A stretch of DNA of 63,912 bases, the filler included, from Octopus bimaculoides (taxonomy: Eukaryota): assembly GCF_001194135.2 (NCBI RefSeq). It is 11 parts of 11 records of this genome, joined end to end, with 100 filler letters (N's around TTAATTAATTAA, not from the genome) between each part and the next. Parts side by side here need not be neighbours in the genome. Positions count along the whole stretch, not along the records: positions 53,297 to 55,651 come from NW_026394061.1; positions 55,752 to 59,314 come from NW_026324974.1; positions 59,415 to 62,665 come from NC_068982.1; positions 62,766 to 63,912 come from NW_026328737.1; 7 more parts are not named here. One strand, 5' to 3'. Each line of letters opens with the position of its first letter. The stretch's first letter is position 1. Below are positions 53,831 through 63,912 of this stretch, one piece after another. Below the pieces are notes generated by a model. It searched no databases and was not told where the DNA came from. It saw only the letters and a program-made list of their open reading frames with translations. The position numbers were made by a program, and so were the translations under genes.

Positions 53831-54568
53831 ATAATAGTTTTGCATATTAACCCATTAGGATGAATCAGTATATCCAGTTAAAGGCCTGTGCAAAGTCTCT
53901 CCGTTTAAGGCTGTAAAATGTCTTACTTTCTACTTGCCACACGCTTTGTGTTCTAACTTGAAATCTTTAGTCCTTATAACATATCATATGAACTTATAAT
54001 TTACTATATCCTATTTCATATCAACGTCTTCTATTTTAAAATGCCCATGTATTTATAAATGTTTTTATATATTTTTGAATATCTAAGTGTTTTTAAATAT
54101 TCTATGTGCTTGTATTCTGACCTCTAAATTTTTATTCCTCTATAGTATATCGTGTGAATTTATAATTCACTATGTTTTATATACTATCGACGTTTTTATA
54201 TCTTATTATGTGTATATTTTGTACTTATTTTACTTATACATTCTTAAAAATGTCTATGCATTTATAAATGTTTGAAAATATTTTTAGATATTTGCGGGCT
54301 TATAAAAATATGTATATGTCTATATGCTTGTATCTTATTAATATTCTATTAAGTTGAGCTTTATGCCGCTTTATTAATGTCAAAGTAAGTGTGCATATAT
54401 ATTGAATATTCTGCTAGATAACAGGTCATGTTCCTCTAGTTTTCCACTCGTATTGCCTCCACTCAAATTATANNNNNNNNNNNNNNNNNNNNNNNNNNNN
54501 NNNNNNNNNNNNNNNNNNNNNNNNNNNNNNNNNNNNNNNNNNNNNNNNNNNNNNNNNNNNNNNNNNNN

Positions 54569-54869
54569 GTCCCATGAAGGGAATAATACTATTGCTATTT
54601 AGCCCTAGGAAGCAGCACTGATTCCTGTCGGTCTTGACACATTTCCTGTGTCCTTATGTTTACAAGGGGGAGAGAAATACCTGCATCCAGAGACATGTTT
54701 CTGAGTCTTTGCTCGTCATCAGTCTGGAGTAGCAATGGCCTGCTAGTTGGAGATGCCTGTCAAGCTCTCGTAAACATATAATGATTCTAGTGAAACACAT
54801 TCACTGATTTCAAAAATAGAAATAATACATTTCTAAATCTCAGCAGTAGTATTATTCCCTTCATGGGGC
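54569..54869 (-). mobile_element. Retrozyme-like unit with inverted terminal segment
   Basis: 28-bp inverted repeat (26/28) at 54569-54596 / 54842-54869; TATTGCTATTTAGCCCTAGGAAG...GACACATTTCCTGTGTCC is homologous to 57045-57105; contains a hammerhead. Confidence 0.65.
54686..54728 (-). ncRNA. Minimal type I hammerhead ribozyme
   Basis: Minus strand UCCAGA-CUGAUGA-CGAGCAAAGACUCA-GAAAC-AU-GUC-UCUGGA: perfect 6-bp stem I, intact core, GUC triplet, palindrome ACAUGU; stem II GAG/CUC with a C.A closing pair. Confidence 0.72.
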
Positions 54870-55086
54870 TGTCACATTAAGTTGACAGCATACAACTACT
54901 TTATCGTATCACTACTGCATAAATCTCTCTGATATTTATGCAGTAGTGATAGAAAATAGGAATAATACATTTCTAAATCTCCCAGATCATGACTTGCATT
55001 CGTTGTTAAAAATTTCCACGTATCTTCTATAATACGCGGGAAACATTACACCCTCCTCCGGATTATACATAAATTCAGAAATCTCA

Positions 55087-55455
55087 GGGATTTATGGTGG
55101 GGAGTGGGGTGCAAAGTTGGTAACAAAAACAGGACAGTGGAGACATGCAAAGAAACCGAACGAAAACAAACAAGAAGGGTCGTTAAACAAGACGAAGGCA
55201 AAATAACGAATGCTGGAGAATTATTTTGTTTGACAAGAGAAAAGATAGAAGAGATAGATAGATAGGGTATGTGCAGTCTTTACGACAGCCCTCACGTATC
55301 CTATCTCTCTCTCTCTCTCTTCTATCTTTTCTCTTGTCATAGAAAATATTTCTCCAGCGTTTGCTATTTTACTTTCGTCTGGTTTAACGAACCTCCATGT
55401 TTGTTTTCGTTCGGTATCCTGTTTTTGTTACCAACTTTGACCCTCCATAAATCCC
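55087..55455. repeat. Long imperfect fold-back (arms ~160-185 bp)
   Basis: 55087-55271 is the reverse complement of 55295-55455, apart from ~20-nt and ~9-nt insertions in the left arm and scattered mismatches. Confidence 0.8.
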
Positions 55456-55798
55456 AAATTTTATTTTGGCTTTTGTGGGAGCAACTGCCTTCGAAGACTC
55501 ATATTGTCGTTCAGTGCTCGAAATGAAATGTAGATGGACAGCCGAAAACTGATGAACGGTCGTTCTTTATGTTACTTGTCTTGTTTTGAATTTGCTTCTC
55601 GTTGTTTTCGTATTTCATGTTGTTTACGGTTTGTGATGTCCTGTACCCATANNNNNNNNNNNNNNNNNNNNNNNNNNNNNNNNNNNNNNNNNNNNTTAAT
55701 TAATTAANNNNNNNNNNNNNNNNNNNNNNNNNNNNNNNNNNNNNNNNNNNNTATATATATATATATATATATAAAGAAATAAATATATCAATAAATAA

Positions 55799-55831
<33 letters not shown>

Positions 55832-56944
55832 TATGTATATACATAAATAAAAATATAAATAAATAAATATATATATACATAAATAAATATATATATAAAT
55901 AAATATAGATATAAGTATATAAATATATATAGATGTAAATAAATAAATATATAAATAAGTAAATGCATATATAAATATATAAATAAATATATAGATGTAA
56001 ATAAATAAATATATAAATAAGTAAATGCATATATAAATATATAAATAAATATATATATATAAATAAATAAATATATATTTAAATAAATTTATAAATTAAT
56101 TAATATATAGATAAATAAATATGTCAATAAATAAATATATAAATAAATAAATATAAATAAATATATATATATATATATATAAATATATATATAAATCAAT
56201 ATATAAATAAATAAATAAATATATAAATAATCATATATATAACAATAAATAAATATATATAAATAAATATATATATATATATATAAATAACTATATAAAT
56301 AAATAAATATATAATTTAATATATATACAAATAAATATATATATATATATAAATAAAAAGATATGTATATAAATAAATATATAAATAAATAAATAAATAC
56401 ATAAATATTTAAATAAATAAATAAATATATAAATAAATAAATAAATATAAATAAATATATACATATATATATATAAATGAATAAATAAATAAATAAAAAT
56501 ATAAATGAATAAATATACAAATGAATAAATATATAAATAAATATATATATAAATATATAAATATATACATAAATAAATATATATAAATAAATATATATAT
56601 ATATATATATAAATAAATATATAAATAAGTAAATAAAGATATAAATAAATAAATAAAAATATAAATGAATAAATATATATATATAAATGAATAAATATAT
56701 ATATAAATAAATAAATATATATATAAATAGGTTATAAATAAATATATATGTAAATAAATATGTAAATAAATATATAAATAAATAAATATATAAATAAATA
56801 AATATATATATAAATAAATATATATATATAAATAAATATATATATATAAATAAATAAATATTTATATAAATAAGTATATAAATATATATATAAATAAATA
56901 AATATATATAAATATATATATATAGAAATAAATAAATATTTAAA

Positions 56945-57303
56945 CAATGTTAAATCTCTGAACGAGGTATTAACAGTAACTGCACGATAAAGTGAAGTAT
57001 ATTTGCCACTTAAATGTGGCTGACCACGAGGGGTAGATGTTACTGTTGCTTTTAGCCCCAGGAGGACATCTCCTGCAGCTGGCTATCGACACACTTCTGT
57101 GTCCTGTCTGTATTTGCCAAGGGAAGTTATCCTCCCGATCTTGATCTACGATACGTACGTACTCGAGTTTCAGGGTTATTTCCCTTCTTCAGCGTATGAC
57201 GATCGCCAGTGAAATTATTCGCTGATATCGAAAAACTGAAAACAAGCAATGTTAAATCTCTGAACGACGTATTAACAGTAACTGCACGATAAAGTGAAGT
57301 ATA
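56945..57303 (-). mobile_element. Retrozyme-like element: 302-bp unit with 57-bp terminal direct repeat
   Basis: CAATGTTAAATCTCTGAACGA(G/C)GTATTAACAGTAACTGCACGATAAAGTGAAGTATA at 56945-57001 and 57247-57303 (1 mismatch); no ORF; intact hammerhead inside. Confidence 0.8.
57156..57196 (-). ncRNA. Minimal type I hammerhead ribozyme, fully canonical
   Basis: Minus strand UACG-CUGAAGA-AGGG-AAAUAA-CCCU-GAAAC-UCGA-GUA-CGUA: 4-bp stem I, perfect 4-bp stem II, intact core, GUA triplet, palindrome ACUCGAGU. Predicted cleavage between 57160 and 57159. Confidence 0.85.
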
Positions 57304-58485
57304 AATATATAAATAAATAAATATATATATAAATATATAAATAAATAAATATATATATAAATATATAATTAAATAAATATATATATAAATAAATAAATAT
57401 ATAAATAAGTATATATATAAATAAATATATAAATAAATATACATATAAACAAATAAATAAAAATATAAATGAATAAATATATATATAAATAAAAAAAAAT
57501 AAATATGTAAATAAATACGTATATAAATAAATAAATATATAAAAATAAATATATATATATATATATATTTAAATATATATATACATAAATAAATATATAA
57601 GTGAATATATATTTAAATAAATATATATATAAATAAATATATATGTATATAAATAAATAAATAATTTAAAAAATAAATAAAAAAATATATATATATAAAA
57701 TAAATAATTATATAAATAAATAAATATAAATAAATATATACATATATATGAATGAATAAATAAAAATATAAATGAATAAATATATACATAAATAAATATA
57801 TATATATAAATAAATATATAAATAAAGATAAAAATAAATAAATAAAAATATAAATGAATAAATATATATATAAATAGTATATAAATAAATGAATATATAA
57901 ATAAATGAATATATATATAAATAAATATATATGTAAATAAATAAGTATGTAAATAAATATATAACTAAATAAATATATAACTAAATAAATATATATATAA
58001 ATAAATATATATATATAAATGAATATATATATATAAATGAATATATATATATAAATAAATAAATATAAATAAATATATATATATAAATAAATGAATATTT
58101 ATATAAATAAATACATAAATATATATATAAATAAATAAATACATAAATATATATATAAATAAATAAATATATATAAATATATATATAAAAAATAAATATG
58201 TATATATAAATAAATCAATGTATATATAAATAAATATATAAATAAATCAATATATATATAAATAAATATATAAATAAATAAAAATATGTATAAATAAGTA
58301 AATATATAAATAAATATATACATAAACAAATAAATACAAATATAAATGAATAAATATATATATAAATAAAAAAATGAATAAATAAATATATATATAAATA
58401 AATAGATATATATAAATAAAAATATATATAAATATATAAATAAATATATAAACATAAATATATGAATAAATAAATATATGAATAA

Positions 58486-58536
<51 letters not shown>

Positions 58537-59590
58537 TATAAAAAAATATATATGTATATAAATAAATATATAAATAAATATATATACAAATAAGTAAATA
58601 AAAATATAAATAAATAAATATATATATACATAAATAAATATATAAATAAATATATATACGAATAAATATATATATATAAATAAATTAATATATAAATAAA
58701 TAAATTAATATATAAATAAATAAATAAATATATATAAATACATAAATATATAAATAAATATCTATATAAATATATATATAAATAAATATATATATAAATA
58801 AACATATAAATATATAAATAAATAAATATATAAATAAACATATATATCAATAAATAAATATATATATATAAATAAATAATATATAAATAAATAAATAAAT
58901 ATATAATTTAATATATATACAAATAAATATATATATTTAAATAAATAAATATGTATATAAATAAATATATAACTAAATAAATATATAATTAAATATATAT
59001 ACAAATAAATAAGTAAAAATATAAATAAATAAATATATATATAAATATATATATATAAATAAATAGATAAAAAAATAAATATATATATGAATAAAAAAAT
59101 GAATATATACGTAAATTTATTTACAAATAAATAAATAAATATGTAAATAAATAAATAAGTATATATAAATAAATATATATATATATATACATAAATAAAT
59201 ATATAAGTGAATATGTATTTAAATAAATATATAAATAAATAAATACATAACTAATTTAATAAATAAATAAATAAATATATAAATAAATAAATATAAATAT
59301 ATATATATATATATNNNNNNNNNNNNNNNNNNNNNNNNNNNNNNNNNNNNNNNNNNNNTTAATTAATTAANNNNNNNNNNNNNNNNNNNNNNNNNNNNNN
59401 NNNNNNNNNNNNNNATATATATATATATATATACATATATAATGTATGTATTATATACACTCACACAAACGAAAAAGGAAGAAACAAAGTTGCCGCTTTA
59501 CCTTGTGTTTCTATATTTCGGGGAGAAGACGACTTCTTCAGGACATTTGGAAAAAGCTGTAGTTGGGAAAAGTGGCTACACCAAAACTAC

Positions 59591-59628
<38 letters not shown>

Positions 59629-60064
59629 TTGTAGTTTATATGAGCATATTTATAGTAACAGAAATAATACTAACACATTTCAAGGAATATACATATGTGT
59701 GTGTGCGTGTGTGTGTGTGTGGGCGTGCTTGTGTCTGTGAGCACGCGTTTGTGTGCGCGCAAGCGCGTTTGTATAATGTATTTACCTGACATAAATTATA
59801 TTTCATTTGTAATACATGTTAGCCCGAAAATCCGCTAAACTCAAACAGCTGTAGGAAGTATACAAACCACTAGCTAGGCAGATATTTGTGGGGGCGTGAT
59901 ACACAGACTGAAGTAATCACAATAGATAAATTGAAAGAGATGTGTGAGTTCTTTTCTCCTCAATCTTCCTGTCTCATACACGTGTATACATATTTATTCA
60001 CGCATACATATATATGTATACGTATATATGTGTCTATGTTTCTGTTTATATGCATATAAACAGA

Positions 60065-60222
60065 GGTGGTAGTGTGGTATAAAACTGGCTTCCCAACCAC
60101 ATGTTTCCTGAATCAGTCCCACTGCAGTGCACCATGGGCACGTGTTTTCTACTATAGCCCCGGACCGACAAAAGCCTTGTGAGTGGATTTGGTAGACGGA
60201 AACTGAGAGAAGCTCGTCGTTT
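60065..60222 (+). mobile_element. Family-A SINE, 5' half
   Basis: GCTTCCCAACCACATG...GCCTTGTGAGTGGATTTGGTAGACGGAAACTGAGAGAAGCTCGTCG. Confidence 0.85.
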
Positions 60223-60909
60223 GTATGTATGTATGTATATATATATATAAATATATATATNNNNNNNNNNNNNNNNNNNNNNNNNNNNNNNNNNNNNNNN
60301 NNNNNNNNNNNNNNNNNNNNNNNNNNNNNNNNNNNNNNNNNNNNNNNNNNNNNNNNNNNNNNNNNNNNNNNNNNNNNNNNNNNNNNNNNNNNNNNNNNNN
60401 NNNNNNNNNNNNNNNNNNNNNNNNNNNNNNNNNNNNNNNNNNNNNNNNNNNNNNNNNNNNNNNNNNNNNNNNNNNNNNNNNNNNNNNNNNNNNNNNNNNN
60501 NNNNNNNNNNNNNNNNNNNNNNNNNNNNNNNNNNNNNNNNNNNNNNNNNNNNNNNNNNNNNNNNNNNNNNNNNNNNNNNNNNNNNNNNNNNNNNNNNNNN
60601 NNNNNNNNNNNNNNNNNNNNNNNNNNNNNNNNNNNNNNNNNNNNNNNNNNNNNNNNNNNNNNNNNNNNNNNNNNNNNNNNNNNNNNNNNNNNNNNNNNNN
60701 NNNNNNNNNNNNNNNNNNNNNNNNNNNNNNNNNNNNNNNNNNNNNNNNNNNNNNNNNNNNNNNNNNNNNNNNNNNNNNNNNNNNNNNNNNNNNNNNNNNN
60801 NNNNNNNNNNNNNNNNNNNNNNNNNNNNNNNNNNNNNNNNNNNNNNNNNNNNNNNNNNNNNNNNNNNNNNNNNNNNNNNNNNNNNNNNNNNNNNNNNNNN
60901 NNNNNNNNN

Positions 60910-60971
<62 letters not shown>

Positions 60972-61658
60972 TGGGTTTAAAGCTAGTTCTAGATACGTAA
61001 TTTAAAGGAGTTTCATGTATTGAAATTTTCAATGCAGAAGCAATGCACAAAACCAGCCTGATATAGCGTCAGAGCTCAATGAAGAGAGACATTTACTCTT
61101 GAGTATTAAGCTCCATTTCTTTTCTGTGAACAACGAAGCCTATACATTCAATCTCACAAACACACCCATATGTCTATATGTATTTACCATATACTCTCTG
61201 TCTGTCACACACACACACACACACAGACACACATATGTGCACATATAAATGTGTATGTGTTTGTGTGCTAGGGTGTATGTTATGACCGAAATACATGTCA
61301 AGAAAGAAAGGAAACAAGCGTTTTTCAATACGAGATTAAGCCTTTTATCAAATTGCCTGTAAATTTCACTCACCCTTACGGCAATTTCACGTTTCTGATC
61401 CGATGTATGAAATTTGTAGTAACGGTTGATAAAATTTTTACAGCTTATAATGTGTGTGTGTGTGTGTGTTTAATTATGAACGTTCTAGTTGCAAACAAAT
61501 ATACATTTTGAAAAACTGCTACTTTTAACCTTTAACCGTTCGCTGCACAGAAGATGACAGAAACAACTCTAGGTCATCTTGTACACAAAATGTAAATAAT
61601 CGACCGCCACAACTTGTGTCTTAAGCGAAAATGTGGGGCCAGTGGTGTTGATGATATC

Positions 61659-61820
61659 AAGAAGTGTCACACCGTTATGTTGAAATTTAAGCTGGATATT
61701 ATAAGACGAAGTGAAATAAGAGAAGAAATGATAAAATGATAAACATGACGGGTACACACGATGTGAACCGATCTACTGTTGCGCGAATTTTAAAGGAGAA
61801 AAAGTGGATTATGAATGGTT
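61659..61820 (+). mobile_element. pogo/Tigger transposase N-terminal HTH relic
   Basis: KKCHTVMLKFKLDIIRRSEIRE, then DVNRSTVARILKEKKWIM (cf. KRKxITLExKLDIIKRxExGE...NRSTVxTILKxKxxI). Confidence 0.6.
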
Positions 61821-62039
61821 CCTTACCATTTCATCGCCGATAATTGTCAACCAATGTAGAAGACGTTATAAACCTTATAAAACTATTCTTAGCTCTTGTG
61901 TCTCAGATCTCGAAGACATTTTTCACTCCCTTATCCTGATCTTTTCAGACAATGTCTATATCCTCCAGACAATATCAGCAAACAAGGTAGTGTTACGAAA
62001 AAAAAAAAAAATACGAAACTGCAATGACATTAAACGCTG

Positions 62040-62235
62040 TTAGGAAAGTTAGAGCATCAGTCAAAATGCTTTGCAGTATTTGTTCCGGCTCTTTACATAC
62101 TGAGTTCGAATACTGCCGAGGTCAACTTTTTCTTTCTTTCGATGTCGATAAAATAAAATACCAATCAAATATTAAGGTTAGTGCAATCGACTAATCGACT
62201 ATCCTCAAAATTCTTGTCCTTTTACCTAAATTAAA
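62040..62235 (+). mobile_element. Family-B SINE
   Basis: CTGAGTTCGAATACTGCCGAGGTCAACTTT...GTCGATAAAATAAAATACCAATC. Confidence 0.65.
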
Positions 62236-62766
62236 AACTGTTATTATTTTGCTATTCATTCTATCAGGTCAAAAAAAAAAAAAAAAAAAAAAAAAAAAAG
62301 CACTAATTCAGGGTGGTGCACCGCTGGAACTGTTAGAGTGTTGGAAAAGGTACCTTACAGTATTTGTTCCGGCTCTTTGTGCCTTGCGGATGGGTCTAGA
62401 GTCAAACTATATCGGTCTTGTTTTTCGCCTGGAAACCATCGGTTACAGGGACAGGAGAGACATACATGAGCAACTGCTAGTCTTTAATAAAAGGCCTTGC
62501 TCAGACCTGTAGCATTGCGGGAACTATCTAGCTGAAAAAATACATAGTCAGCCTTGACCGAAGCGGACTCTAAATATGTACATTAAAATATAGTTTAAGG
62601 TTTCTAAAGTATAACTGCTTTTAATCTTAATCCATGTAGTATATTTGTGTAGAGACTGCTTACGTNNNNNNNNNNNNNNNNNNNNNNNNNNNNNNNNNNN
62701 NNNNNNNNNTTAATTAATTAANNNNNNNNNNNNNNNNNNNNNNNNNNNNNNNNNNNNNNNNNNNNA

Positions 62767-62797
<31 letters not shown>

Positions 62798-63845
62798 ACT
62801 AGCTGGTGTACCCGGTAATTCCCGGGGGGTAAAGATGTTCTATTGAAACACCTTATTACTCTGATATAAGAAAGCAATTTCGTTATAACTGCCACAAAAT
62901 GTACAAAAAAAACCATCAGCTGAAGGCGAGAGAGATTGTTGGAGGTTGTTAAGAGAGGTTGTCGAGAGGCAAAGACATTATTCTGCCTAGTGAAGGCATC
63001 TAGGAAAGAAAAGCGCTGTTGAAGTGTTAAGTGAAATTTAGCAGTCGAGGATCGAATCCACGCTATGCCTGCATGAAGCCACTACAAATACATTGTGGAA
63101 TAGAAAATTTATCTACTGTCGTGGAAAAAGTGTATCTGTAAAAATGCAAAATTATCAGAGTAATGGGCATTAAAAAAAGGTATGTATAGAAATGTATATA
63201 ATGAAGTCTTTGAGGTTTAAGATTCAATTTAAGGAAGTGTAATAATACTGTTTAGCAGTTGAAAACTGTGAGTAGTGAAATGCAGAATTATGTTGGCTGA
63301 TAGTGAGAATCAGATATTGATCGCTTCACTAAAATCTGCAGGTGGTATGGGTTATTTCCCTTGGGTTGTTTAAATAAAGTATTAGTAATATGTAGTAGAT
63401 AGAAGGATCCATTGGAAGGGCCCTATTTCAATAATCTAAGTATATCACGATGTTTTCAGACATGAGTTATACTCATGTCTCAAATAAAGAATAAAAATGA
63501 TATTGTATGCAAAAATTAGAAATAGAATACACAAAAAATAAATATTCAAAGTAATTTAACATAAACAATGAAATGGGTTATTTCCCTTGAGTGTTTAAAA
63601 AATATTGTACAGGTGCTATGAGTTATTTCCTTTGGGTGTTTAAAAAAATTAGTTACATGAGGTAGATATAAAGGTCCCCCCAGGAACTGTATTATCAAAT
63701 TTTTTTTCAACAATCTAAGTATGTCAAAAGGTTTCCAGACATGAGTTCTACTCTCGTGTCAAGTTTCATCAAAATCAATAACACGATGTAGGAGCTAGCT
63801 ATCAACGCCACAAACAATCGCACATTTTCCACATATGTAGTAGAT
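62798..63845 (+). mobile_element. Non-autonomous Helentron/Helitron2-associated (HINE/DINE-1-like) element
   Basis: 5' ACTAGCTGGTGTACCCGG-TAATTC-CCGGG short hairpin; 3' AAGTTTCATCAAAATC...CACATTTTCCACATATGTAGTAGAT; internal tandem repeats; inserted in a (TA)-rich tract. Confidence 0.65.
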
Positions 63846-63912
63846 ATATATATATGTGTATATATGTATATATATGTGTATGTATATATGTGTGTATATG
63901 TGTATGTATATA

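Larger units (their letters stand above)
55752..59314. repeat. ~3.5-kb almost pure A/T satellite of (TA)n/(TAAA)n composite units
   Basis: Directly visible; interrupted only by the element at 56945-57303. Confidence 0.95.

Overview
This is repeat-saturated, AT-rich animal genomic DNA from a fragmented draft assembly with many N gaps. Ten of the gaps are 100-bp placeholders of the form 44N-TTAATTAATTAA-44N. The microsatellite load and SINE families suggest a coleoid cephalopod (Octopus-like); that assignment is an inference. Almost every ORF in the supplied track is a microsatellite or gap artefact. Recognisable content is decayed transposons (mariner, Helitron helicase, DUF4817-type Tc1/mariner-like, pogo/Tigger, hAT ends, a Helentron/HINE-like element, CR1/L2-, R4- and Penelope-like retroelement fragments) and many tRNA-derived SINEs. 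Two things stand out. (1) There is one intact, apparently single-exon host ORF (44280-44654, 124 aa) encoding a ParB/Sulfiredoxin-superfamily-like domain (IRYTQ...DNRRL), which resembles bacterial polymorphic-toxin ParB-like domains. About 400 bp upstream lie two oppositely oriented matches to the IRF-binding consensus, making it a candidate IRF-inducible immune effector. (2) There is a set of minimal type I hammerhead ribozyme motifs: three well-formed copies with covarying stems in a ~300-345 bp retrozyme-like repeat family, plus an 'extra-A' variant class, one copy of which sits downstream of a tRNA-derived Pol III head. Several long fold-back palindromes are also present.
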